From NCBI GenBank assembly GCA_010405405.1, contig MU004233.1:2334539-2398538 (forward strand): 64,000 bases of DNA. The letters are read 5' to 3'. Under the pieces are notes generated by a model. That model was given only the letters and a program-made list of their open reading frames with translations. It did no database searches and had not been told where the DNA came from. The stretch comes from Microthyrium microscopicum. Its lineage: Eukaryota. Position numbers and translations under genes: made by a program. Shown in pieces: positions 25,174 to 36,099 of this stretch; position 1 is the stretch's first letter, and every line of letters starts with the position of its first letter.

Positions 25174-27039
25174 TCAGATCAACGCAGCTCCAAGATACTC
25201 AAATTCATCCATCAACCTCTCCATCTGCGACCCCCCAGTAGCACCCTCAACCTTACTCACCACCAACGGCGCCACTCCCCCAGGCACTCCCACAGGCAGA
25301 CCAATCGGCGTCTTCTCCCTACTCGCCTCAAGTTCATTCGCAGCACTAACCCTAGCAGCCCAGAAATTATCCGAAAACGCCATAGGACTCGTATGTCCAC
25401 TATCCTGAATATCGCTAAACGTAGAACTAAGTCCATCATGACAATCACTCTCTTCTCCATCATCGGACATTAGCGTCCAGGTACTGAAGCGGCTTTCTTG
25501 GAAGGACGACCAGTCGCGTGCGAATTGTGATGGGGAGGCTGGGTTGGGGTCTGGTAGGACTTCGTTGTTGTGGGAGAAGAGGGGGGAGGGGATGAGGTAG
25601 GTGGGGAGGGCGGGGAGATCTTTGTTGAGGTTGGGTTTTTCGCTGGTTGTGGGTGAGATGGTTGGTGGTGAGATGGGTGTTGGTGTGGATTCGCGGACGG
25701 TGAAGGTGGGTATGTGCATGCCATATAGGTTTAGACCGCCGGTTTCTGAGCGTGGTGCTTGAGGTGCGCGGGGCGGCGAATCGACTTCTGTGATGCTGTC
25801 GGGGATGGAGAGGATGGGTGGTTGTGGTGCGCCGGCGAATGCTTGTCGCATGAGTGCGTTTTCGCGCAGTCGGCCTGTGGATGAGACGCGGCGGATGACG
25901 CTCTCGTGGGAGATGGCGCGGCGGTGGGTGGGCTGGTAGATGGGGCGGTCGTCGACTGCTGTCGCTGCTCTGCGTTCAACGAAAGGATCCGCGAGGCGCT
26001 TGATCAGGGAATCGACTGTCATCGACTCAGCTGTCTGACCGCTGTGCAGGTGTTCAGTTGATCGTGAGTATGGATTGGTCCGTTTTGGTAATCTAATGGG
26101 GTCCAGTTCGGTATGTGTTGTCGATGTGGGAGAAATGAGGATAGGATAAGAGATTTCGGCCTTGATAGGGCTTGTGCATTGAGATGATGCGCTTCTTGAT
26201 TGTAGACTTCTCTGGCTGGGCTTGAGCTTGATGCTTCTTCCGCGACCTCCAACTCCAGGTAGGCGGGCTGAGACTGGTGACTTGACACGATCCATAGCCA
26301 TGGAGAAGACGTTGGTTGGTACACTTGATGCTGACTTGATTGTGCGATGGCCAATAGCGGATGCTGGAGTATCTGGAAGAGTTGCTGACCATGCTCTTAT
26401 ATCGCTCGCTGTCATATAGGTTAGATTGGAGTTGTTATAGATAAGATTCACACTCACCATCTATCTTGGTCATAAGCTTCGGTAGTCTTGGCTTTGGTGC
26501 CGGTCGAGGATTGCGATATCTAAAGTCAGGATTCAACGTGTGAAACTCAGTCACGAGTGCCACCGAAGAAGACCTGCTTCTGCTAACGAATCGCTTCTCC
26601 CAGGGAACATCCAGGACATTGAGATATTGTCCAGGTAGTAGAGGGCAGCTGCTCGTTGATGGCTGTGAAGGATCATAATACTCTTCATGACCGTCTATGC
26701 GATACTGGCGAATGTTAATATCAATCAGGCAGAACCAATGTGAAACTTACGTAATACCAATATGTTCCTCCCATCTTCAATCCTCCATCTCTCTTCTCAT
26801 GAAATCCTGAAGAATCGCCATCATATATGATATTGCGAAACTTGTGACACCCAGTCCAGTTACCCCAACCGCGACGGCTGTCACGTTTCATTTCCCATGG
26901 CTCGGAAAAGTTATCCCAACTTCCCCACAGCTCAACGAGACAAGCTGCAGGATGGTGGCTATAAAAATCAGTCTCAAGGCTCTTTGGTAGATCATCCTTG
27001 TACTTACAGCATAAAGGTGACCAAAGTGGTAGACTCCAT
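25174..27039 (-). CDS. Fungal protein with N-terminal CBM48/AMPK-beta-like (glycogen-binding-like) domain and a long disordered S/P-rich tail; exons 27039-27008, 26958-26751, 26704-26458, 26408-25174
   Basis: Spliced N-terminus MESTTLVTFMLHHPAACLVELWGSWDNFSEPWEM..GGLKMGGTYWYY|YRIDG..YDPSQP..CPLLPGQYLNVL; three canonical introns join in frame to the 428-aa ORF ending ERLMDEFEYLGAALI. Confidence 0.8.
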
Positions 27040-27988
27040 GATGAATTCGTTCCAGCTAATGTGTGAGGCTGAAAATAAATATCTCTAGACGATCTTGGTT
27101 GCTTAGACGTCAAATTCCACGGACTGGTGTAGGGATAATATCCTTGGTCCTAGAAACCCCTAGAATAGTACGAAGCTAATGTTTGTTTCAGCGATTTTGC
27201 GTCGTTCCAGTGGTAACCAGAATTAAGTTGATAAGATCTGGCCAGCCAGTGAATAAGACTGGAAGTTTGTTAGACAACAGCATCAACGAAACAATGCAAA
27301 CAGCATCGGAGGCGCATTAAACCACTTACGTCAGAAGGAGTTGGGATTAATAACGAGAGGATGTTGGCTGTGCAAGTAAATTTAGACTGCAGAAACCTTG
27401 ATTTTGGGTATAAAACGCCAAATGGGAAAAACGAAGGTCGAAGGCTGTCAATCGAGTATGCAACCTGTTGGAAAAGGCTGCATTACTGGAAGCCAGGGGC
27501 TAAACGAATGAAAAGCAAGATCTCCTGAGTAAAGAAGTCCTGAACCAAGTCCCAGCCGGAACAAAACAGACAAAAGATGGGTCCCAAGAGTTTATAAGGA
27601 CGTTTTTCTGCGCAAACTTAAGCGTTTGTTGTTTTTGCCTTGCAATCAAAGTTCCAAAGCAGTGTTCTTTGGTGGTGTGGAAACAGTGATTTGAGGCTCT
27701 TTTGGTTGAGACGTCTTTTCAGCGAACGGCCGGCCGTTCTTCCGTCAACGCCAAAACTTGCAGCCAGCTGGCGTAGGCTGGATGGACAGTTGTGCAGCGG
27801 AGGAGTTGTCGCGAAATGGGCTGAGAACCCAAGTGGTTGGATGACAGGCGTGCAGCTGCGCGAACTTGTTGGCCTCGAAGATGTTTGAAGCTGCAGGCTG
27901 TCAGAGCCAATGGATGAGGCTGAAGTCCAAAGGGGTTTCGTTAGTGGGCGCGTCAGATTGGCTGGGCTGTTAGGCTCACGCTGGTGTA

Positions 27989-29369
27989 CTAACTCACGGC
28001 GCAGGGACTAGGTAGCCCCTTTTCCCCTATCACCAAAATATTTGTATTATCTTTAAATATTAATTACTTAACCAAAATGGGTCGTAATAACTCTAAAAGA
28101 TAAGAATATGATACTCCTTAAAAAGCTTATTTTATTGAAGCTTTAAAAAATAAAGAAAACTTCTCTTCTTTTAACGTTCTTTATAAATCTAATAGAATTA
28201 ATATATCTATATCTATAGGTCGCTATTAGGCTTTAGAATTTGAATAATATAGTAAAGAAGCCTGCTAAAGTATAAGAAAATAATCTATAAAGCTAAGAAT
28301 ACCTAAAAGAGTCTATAATAATAAGCTATAAGCTACTCTAAATTCTTTATATTCTCTTTATTAAATACCCTATAAAATAATGCCCTTCCTCCTTAAAAAA
28401 TGAGTCCTTTAAAAGCGATTCTTAGCGATTAGAGCCTATAGGCATAAACGTTAAATTACTAAGAAGATATCCCCTAAAAATAAGCTACTTTATATTACCT
28501 ACGATAAGAGATATAAGGACGAAACTATTATAGAGTTTTAGAGAGATGTTTACTTTATGGATAAAGCCTATTTTAACTCTCTTAACTTAGCAAACTATTA
28601 GGATTATAAGATATTAAGGCTAGGCTATTCTAAGGATTAATTACCGCCTTAAGAACTTAATAAATCCTCTTTAAATATAACCCTTTACGTTATAGGGGGG
28701 GTATTCTATAGAAGGAAGGGATTCTTTAGCTTTTATAACGATCCTACTAAATTAACTCTTCTAAAGCCTTAAGTACTACTAAAACTATAATAAAGAAAGA
28801 TAGAGATAGAGGAATAGTTTAAATAATAGTATTTAGATTATGAAGTAAGGAAACTACTAGAGGTTAAGATAAAACTAAAGAGTAATTTAATAACGTAGAA
28901 ATTTTATATTAAGAAGATTCTACTAAAGTATATTGAAAAGATAAAGGCCCTTAAAGAGAAGTATAAGTATAAGATATAGTTTTAAGAGGATAACGATTTA
29001 AGCTATAGAATAAGGTCTAAAAAGAATATAGTAATTACCTATAAAATATAGGTAGGACTTTAAATTATTACTTATTCTACTTAATCGCTAAATCTTAATC
29101 TTATAGAAGTAGTTTAGAATATTATAAAGGGCAGATTACGAGGTAAATAGTTCTTAAACGTTAATAATTTTAAAGTAGCAATTTAGGCTAAGTGGTAACG
29201 AGTAATAATCATAGAGATTTGGCGACGAATCTCTGAGATGCCTTAAAGGTGTATTGATATAATAAAGCAAGAAGGAGAGCGTTTAAAGTCTTCGTTATGG
29301 TGATAATCAATTTTATATAGAATCTAATATATTGATTTTTGATGTTGTGGCCCCTGCGCCGTGAGTTAG
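27989..29369 (+). mobile_element. RIP-inactivated Tc1/IS630-like DNA transposon, ~1.38 kb
   Basis: 18-bp perfect TIR CTAACTCACGGCGCAGGG (27989-28006 / 29352-29369) flanked by TA on both sides. AT-rich interior. Relic ORF from ATG 28077 reads FMDKAYF (=FTDEAHF), F*EDNDLSY (=FQEDNDPSH), *SLNLNLIEVV*N (=QSPDLNPIEAVWN). Confidence 0.88.
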
Positions 29370-30197
29370 TACACCGGCTGTGGGCTGGGTAAAACACACA
29401 TGGATGATGGAGAGAACAAGTCGATGAGGAAGGCTATAGAAAATGGAATGAAGGTTGAATGCTGAATTGGTGGTAAAGGAGCGACATCCACTACTCTCTA
29501 GAGAGATGAGATGGGGAGAAGAAGAAGGCTTATGAAGATGGAGATACAAGATGAATTGTAAGCCAGTCTAACCAAAGAATATCTGAGAGGGAAAGCGCAT
29601 TCCCCGAAAAGGGGTGGATGCATCCAATTGTCTCAACCAAATTATCGAATCCAAATTTCCCTGCTTTGTTCCTTAAATTCTGCCCCATATTCGAGTTTAT
29701 TGATGTTGAGTTCAAGCGTCTGTTAACCTGTGGTTTCGCATGGTTTGTTCTAGATGAATATCACATATCAAACCCCATCCATCGCCTAATACAGGCCTCT
29801 CAATTACCCTTTCACCACCCAAGATTCTTTGTAAAATGCAAATTAGCTTTGATTTCATTTCCAGTTGCCAAGTTATCGAATGCGCCATTGGCCATTCCCG
29901 ATAGTTCCTCGAAAGTGGCGTTGTCGACGCCCGAACTCGCCTCCTCCACAACCTGGAAACACAACCGCCAACTTAGCGCATCTCAAAGCGACGCGCCGCG
30001 CCCAACTCCACGCGGCTCAAGATCAAACTCATCTCCAAATAATTATAGCAAAACTCAACTCCTTCGCTCCCTTCATCTCACAGACGCCTAATCATACCCC
30101 ACTGAGACCCCGCAAAGCGCGAATCTAAAGAAAGCAACGGACTACCATCGAGCGTTACGCAAAGTGTCGAACAATGCCCGTAACCGCGCGGTAGACC

Positions 30198-30715
30198 ATG
30201 TCTAGAGATCCCGTTCCAGCTGTACTCATCTTCCTTTCCGATCTTACTCGTTTCACAACTGAAACCAAAGTTCGGTTTCTAGGCTGGTAGGCGCGCGAAC
30301 CTCTTCTCCAAAAAAAGCAACCTCCCTTCCTTTACCACAACTCGTCCTAGCAATTCCTGGTCCGCTGTTCTAACCTCACCTCGTTCCCAGTGTTGCCGAT
30401 TATGATAGCGGCAACGTCCTGCTCACGCACCATTATCCAAGAGCTACGGCAACGCAGGTGGTAGCAAAGGTCAATCTTGACCATGTGCTTGAGTCTGCGC
30501 GCCCGGTAGAACTGCAAAAGGGTGCGTGGGTTAATGTCGTTGGATACACGGTGGGACGATCCGAGGACCCGGTCTATGTCGCCGATGTAGGCAAGACGGC
30601 CGTCGAGGCGGTGGTTTGCGTCAAGGCTGTTATGCTCTGGGGAGATGGAGACTTGAATCTTGACGATTATGAGCAGGCGCTGCAGGGTCGAAAGGATACC
30701 GGAACCGCCGCATAG
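30198..30715 (+). CDS. TEN1: CST telomere-capping complex subunit Ten1; exons 30198-30286, 30391-30715 (137 aa)
   Basis: KVRFLGCV across the intron and the GAWVNVVGY motif; typical size; intron GTAGGC..CTAAC..CAG. Confidence 0.85.
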
Positions 30716-30907
30716 TCATGGACCACTTCTGAGGCGGAGCTTATATCAATCGCAACAAGCTCAACTCGATAGTTTACGGAAAACTCGAGGAGACTTTGCA
30801 CGATTTCTTTGTCTCGTGTAGCCGAATGCCCCATGACTTGGAACAATGAAATGCAGTGCCATTGGGATGGCGCAAACATGCTAAGCGCAACGACCAAGGA
30901 CTTTTCT

Positions 30908-33265
30908 TCATCCTCTCTGGCCATTATCACTTTTTGATTTGCGCTTCCAAAATGGCGCCTTTTCACCCATAGCGTGCCATTTGGTTCTGATCCCGCTCTT
31001 GAGACTGCTGCCCTTCTCTTTAAGACTGCTGACAGTCTCTTTAGTCTTCTCTTTGAGGCTGCTAGACTTTCCAGCCGGCTCCTCAGCACTTTGAAATCGA
31101 GATGTCCAAAAATCTCCATCAAGAACTCGAAATACAGGGCGACAGGCAAAATCAGTGAAAGAGTCATCCAGGGCGGCCAATTTGGTTTCCATCCCACTCT
31201 TGAAACCGCTGCCCGCCTCCATAACACTATTAGCCTTCTTCGCAACCTTGATCGCTCCCTTCACTGTGAGGAAACTAGCCTGGTCCATGGCATTGCTAGT
31301 CTTCTCCGCAATTTTGTTCCCTCCCTTCTCCGTGATGCTGGTAATCGACTCTGTAACGCTACTAGCCTTCTCCGCAAGTTTTCTCCCTCCCTTCTCCGTA
31401 ACGCTGGTAATCGACTCTTTGACGCTGCTAGCCTTCTTCGCAACTTTGTTGCCTCCCTTCTCTGTGAGACTGCTAATCGTCTCTGTGACGCTGCTAGCCT
31501 TCTTCGCAACTTTGTTGCCTCCCTTCTCTGTGAGACTGCTAGCCTTCTTTACAACTTTGTTGCTTCCCTTATCTGTAAGACTGCTGATCGTCTCTGTGAC
31601 GCTGCTAGCCTTCTTCGCAACTTTGTTGCCTCCCTTCTTTAAAAGATTGGCAATCGTCTTTTTGACGCTGCTAGCCTTCTTTGAAATATGGCTCTTCTCT
31701 GTGAGACTGCTCGTCTTCTTCTTGAGGCTGCGCCCTATGCCCCGCATTCTTTCTTTGGTTTTACTGGCTTTTCTGGGCTTGGGTATGATATGCTCCGTTG
31801 GGTACTCCTCCTCCTGCTCCTCCTCCTCGTCGTTGTCCTCTTCCTCCTCATTGTCCTCACCCTCCCCGTTGTCCTCTTCCTCGTCATCGTTGTCCTCTTC
31901 GTCGTCATCGTTGTCCTCATCGTTGTCCTCATCGTTGTCGGTGAGCTCTGACTCGGGTGGTGGTACAAAAGTACGCCCGGCCTCGAGCGCTGGATAACCA
32001 AATTCAACCATCCATTTCGATTTTAAAAGATCTTCGGCGGTTGGTCGATCGGAAGGATCCCATTTTAACATGCTCATTAAGAGCGCAATGAGGGCTTGCC
32101 ATTCCTCTTCGGAGAAGTCGCTGCGGTTATCAACCGACGGGAAGCTCCCATTACCGAAATCGCCACCGTCCCCTTCTGGCCCATAGATGCCCCTGAGTCG
32201 CTGCTCGACTGATTTAACCATATCTTCAATTTCCGAGTCTTTGTAAGAGCCATCTTCGTTGAAGTGCTCAGATTTACCCTCCCAGGCATCCCATACTTCC
32301 TGGGGTGGTTTGCCAATAGCTGTAATCCAGCCGATCATCAAATCATCTGGCTCCGGAGACCAATGGACAAAGAGGTCTTCGGGCTGTACGATGTTAAATA
32401 AAGTACAGGCAAGTGTCCATATGTCGGCTGGACGTCCGACTGGACCCTTTTGACAGATGAGAACTGACTCTGGGGGGATGCTGCAAGCCCCAGTAAGGAG
32501 CTCTTGAGGCTCTGATTCTTTAAATCCGACACCAAAATCGCTAATGGTGATTTCGATGTTCTGGAGTAATTTTGTAGCGGGTAATAAAAAACACCGAGGC
32601 TCTACGGCGTATCGAGGCGATTCTGGTCCCAGCGGTTGCCCATCGATTCGAGTTATCGGAATGACCTCTGGATTACCAATTCGCTTGTATACCTCGTCCT
32701 TCGTCATGGTGGCGATATCCGGGTATTGGATGAGCATGTTTGACGAAGTAAGATCCGCATGGACAATACCGCATGAATGAACGTAAGACAGAGCCAGAAT
32801 AGCCTGGGCCATCATCACTCGAGCGGTCGTCATCTCGAATCCTTCAGTTGACCGAGCGCCCATTACGGACATAGCTGCGACATCCATAACAAGGCACAGA
32901 TGGCGTCCATTTGGACCATCTACAAAGAACTTGTCCAGTAGTGTGTTGACGTAGCGCTTTCCAGTATGAGTATCATCCCCATCTGTCAAAGTTTGTAGTA
33001 ATTCTGCCTCTGGGTCGTTCTCCATGAAGTCTGCTCCAGTAACTTTTAGCGCCACATTTCGACAGTCTTTTGTGTCATAAGCAAGCCATACGGTGGAGTA
33101 GCTGCCAAAGCCAATCTTGTGGAACACCTGATATCTATCGTGAAAAACATCCCCCAGGTGGACGGGGTGATATCCGCCTTTGCGATACTGCTCGAGGGTT
33201 TCGACCTCCGTGATGAGGTTGTAAATCGGCTGGAACGAATCTGAATTATTGGTGCTAGAATCCAT
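30908..33265 (-). CDS. SRPK-like (CMGC) Ser/Thr protein kinase with acidic tract and Lys/Ser/Thr-rich repeat tail
   Basis: EQYRKGGYHPV, HKIGFGSYSTVWLA, VALKV, GPNGRHLCLV, HADLTSSNML, ISDFG, ADIWTLAC; intronless 785-aa ORF. Confidence 0.88.
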   Translation of the reverse strand: MDSSTNNSDSFQPIYNLITEVETLEQYRKGGYHPVHLGDVFHDRYQVFHKIGFGSYSTVWLAYDTKDCRNVALKVTGADFMENDPEAELLQTLTDGDDTHTGKRYVNTLLDKFFVDGPNGRHLCLVMDVAAMSVMGARSTEGFEMTTARVMMAQAILALSYVHSCGIVHADLTSSNMLIQYPDIATMTKDEVYKRIGNPEVIPITRIDGQPLGPESPRYAVEPRCFLLPATKLLQNIEITISDFGVGFKESEPQELLTGACSIPPESVLICQKGPVGRPADIWTLACTLFNIVQPEDLFVHWSPEPDDLMIGWITAIGKPPQEVWDAWEGKSEHFNEDGSYKDSEIEDMVKSVEQRLRGIYGPEGDGGDFGNGSFPSVDNRSDFSEEEWQALIALLMSMLKWDPSDRPTAEDLLKSKWMVEFGYPALEAGRTFVPPPESELTDNDEDNDEDNDDDEEDNDDEEEDNGEGEDNEEEEDNDEEEEQEEEYPTEHIIPKPRKASKTKERMRGIGRSLKKKTSSLTEKSHISKKASSVKKTIANLLKKGGNKVAKKASSVTETISSLTDKGSNKVVKKASSLTEKGGNKVAKKASSVTETISSLTEKGGNKVAKKASSVKESITSVTEKGGRKLAEKASSVTESITSITEKGGNKIAEKTSNAMDQASFLTVKGAIKVAKKANSVMEAGSGFKSGMETKLAALDDSFTDFACRPVFRVLDGDFWTSRFQSAEEPAGKSSSLKEKTKETVSSLKEKGSSLKSGIRTKWHAMGEKAPFWKRKSKSDNGQRG
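31200..31690 (-). repeat. Coding 66-bp tandem repeat (22-aa unit KKASSVTETISSLTEKGGNKVA, ~7 copies)
   Basis: Repeated gctgctagccttcttcgcaactttgttgcctcccttctc on the + strand; one shortened 15-aa unit. Confidence 0.9.
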
Positions 33266-34462
33266 TGCGTTGGATGAGGGAGATCAGACAGAAGAGATTG
33301 TTTCGAAATGGATCTAGAGACGGTATTGGGCTGGTGTACGGATAGTCTTGGGTTAGCGTATGGATGGTATTACGCTGGTGTACGGATGGTGTTTGCCTGT
33401 TCAACGGAGGGTGCTTAAGCTGGATTACTGGAAGTTTGTGTTTCTCGATGATCGATTTATATCAGAAGTGGGTGGGGCTCTGCAAGTGAAGAGGTGAGAA
33501 GTGAGATTTCTAGGTAGTCGCTCTTGCACCTTAAATTTCTACGCGGCGTTCTTTCTGGTAAGTCTGAATGGATGGGTTGCACCGCAACAAAGGGCAAGTA
33601 CAATCTTGAAAAAACCAGAAGGTCCCTGCCATATATGATCTACTAGGACACGCACAAAGCTTTGTAACTTGGTCTTCTTTGTTAATCCAGAAAGCAAGCA
33701 TTCAACCTTAAAATAGTGATGCAAGTAACTTTCGGTGGTTTTAGTACCAGAAGTTTGTGTGTCACTTGCCCGATTGTGGAACACTTTAGTGACATCGAAC
33801 TTCACATCGCCAAAATTATCATGACATAGATTGGCTACCGCCAGTCGGGGACATAACTCCTTAACAACCTGCAACCAATGATTGAATCGCCAAAAAGCCA
33901 TTATGAACGACTACCGATATTCTTAGTAGAACATGTTGGATATTGCACATCACAACAGCACGTACACACTGAAATCTAGTCTAATAGATGAAATCTTCCC
34001 AACAGCTCTTCTGGCTCTGCGACTATTAGCGAGGTGGAAATCGCAGATGTTCTTATAGTATATATATTTCACTTGAACCGACACACTATGGTGGCGCATA
34101 AGCAGTAAGATATATCGGGACATGCCTCTTCACTGCCTGGATGCGGTTCCAATAATGAGGTGATAGAGCATCACAGAGGTAGTCCACCTTTAAAAATGTA
34201 GGATGCTGGGTCATGCTCTGCATTACACCTTAACGGGAGTCTGTGTCTGATAGTTTCACTGCTGGACAACTGCTGCCTCTGCACTCAATCTAGACTTAAA
34301 GCCATGCCATCTTCTCCAGATTCTTAAACACAACAAACACCATCAACCCACCAAACCCTCCGAATTGCACACTGCGATTTCATTGCCTATCGCCTTCGTC
34401 TTGCATACCAACTTCAAACTGCAGTCTAAACAAAACGCAATCATTCTCCTACCACCACCGAA

Positions 34463-34990
34463 ATGGCTGGCGAATGGATCACCGAAAAAGAAAACCGATT
34501 GTCGTTACCCCGAGGTTCTAAGGGAATCCCGAAGGCATCGAACATCCCCCATCAACGCTTGATCGAAGTGCAGTGGAAGATGGCCACTTACAAGATCAAG
34601 AAAAGTGAGCGACAGGAACTGGCCCGGCTGGCCATCGAAACCGGGTTGAAGTTCAAACCAGACCTGGCAGTGGTGCTGATACGATCCACAATGCATGCGA
34701 CCACAACTAGACGCGGCAATACCAAGAAGGACCCTCTCGGTTGGCATGTAACCGTTTCCTTCAAAAACGCCACCGACCAGGCCAACGGTCAGCATCTCAC
34801 TGCTCATGGATATACCAAGGGCAGTTCAAACCTCGAGTTGAACAGCTGGACTTCCGACCAGAACCACAAGGCCGATACGTTTCAGGACTATTACGGGAAG
34901 GAGATCTGGCCAACTGCCTGTTCGGGAAAAGGGGTCGTGGTGGAATTCCAGCCTGATGGAAAAGTCATTCTTCGATCCCCAGCCTATTAG
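34463..34990 (+). CDS. Hypothetical 175-aa protein with three spaced His motifs
   Basis: Intronless ORF with GC3-rich codons and a good start context (accgaaATGG); motifs IRSTMHATT, DPLGWHVTVSFK, HLTAHGY. Confidence 0.7.
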   Translation: MAGEWITEKENRLSLPRGSKGIPKASNIPHQRLIEVQWKMATYKIKKSERQELARLAIETGLKFKPDLAVVLIRSTMHATTTRRGNTKKDPLGWHVTVSFKNATDQANGQHLTAHGYTKGSSNLELNSWTSDQNHKADTFQDYYGKEIWPTACSGKGVVVEFQPDGKVILRSPAY

Positions 34991-35059
34991 TGCTAAGTTA
35001 CGGTCGTCAAAGAGCTTGTACACTGGGTCTTGATCTAGTTACGTCTCACCTTACGGACT

Positions 35060-35168
35060 GCATCGCCTGCTGCTTTGGATCACCTGTTAGATGGCATCGC
35101 CTGCTGCTTTGGATCATCTGTTGGATGGCATCGCCTGCTGATTTGGATCACCCGTTGGATGGCATCGC
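35060..35168. repeat. 34-bp tandem repeat, ~3.2 copies
   Basis: Unit gcatcgcctgctgctttggatcacctgttrgatg at 35060, 35094, 35128 and partial at 35162. Confidence 0.9.
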
Positions 35169-36099
35169 GTATTGGACTGGAACGCGTACGGAAACGAATC
35201 GAGTTGTAGAGTTGGCCGAAGTCTAAAGCAATGAATGTCTTCCCTTGCTAGGAAAGAAGAAGAGTCTGGTCAACTCAAGTTATGGAATGGTACCCTGATA
35301 GAGCATAGTAATAAACTGAGATGCTCTTTGAAAACCTGCAGACCTCTCCCACGTCACTGACCATTCATTCATGAAGAGTAAGCATTACCGTAATAGGAAA
35401 CTATCCAGCGTACTTTAGTAGACGAAAAGTATTTCAAGAGGCCCAATTACATGGATTTTCCATATCATCCATCGTCCAAGAGAGCAGATAGTGGAGGGTT
35501 TGCTTCGTCGTGCAGAACCAACACAGCATTATGACCATGCGATACACTGGGTTTATCTGTAATTGTGCGAGGACGCAGTATATATGGTTATAATCAACTG
35601 ACACCAACAAAGGTCTCATCGCCTGGAAAGCGATGGAGTTAGAAGACTGCCCGTGTGGGGAAATGTGTTTGTTTACTACCCCTGAAATTTCTAAACCCTG
35701 CGCAGTTTGGGTGGGACATATTGAGTAGCGGGCCCCCATCAGCTTATTTAGCTCCCACCCGCTGCGTTCAATCATCGACTATTATATCTCCTATGGAAGA
35801 CAGAAAAGTCACAAATTATCGAGTACGATGGGAATCAGAAAGTATGCTCTTGATAATGTGCAGTGGCAGAAATCACACCCGATGGGAGCGTGCCTCTGAT
35901 TTTGATGACCCGTTTTGCACGTCGTCCCCCCTTTTACGCATGGTGATCCTGTGTACAAGATTAGTCATACAGTGATTTTATTGCATAATATTAGGATTGT
36001 TTTCATGGTATCATTTATCTTACTGCAGTGATAGCTGCTTGTATATTCTCAACGTGAGCGATCCCACATCTCCGCTTGGTATGCAGAGCCCCATTTTGA

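Noticed and set aside
29530..30128. Overlapping ORFs and CGCG (MCB-like) motifs upstream of TEN1
   Set aside because: ORFs lack motifs; the CGCG matches are too short to call, though plausible
30974..31997. Plus-strand ORFs of 222 and 280 aa with LRR-like or hydrophobic repeats
   Set aside because: Antisense shadows of the kinase's 66-bp repeat and acidic tract
33329..33390. GCTGGTGTAC direct repeat matching the Tc1 insertion flank
   Set aside because: A 10-12 bp match is compatible with chance and there is no TIR continuation
33539..33901. 120-aa minus-strand ORF
   Set aside because: No motifs or codon bias; cannot be supported without a homology search
35060..35168. Possible CRISPR-like array
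   Set aside because: Eukaryotic context, head-to-tail units without unique spacers, no cas genes
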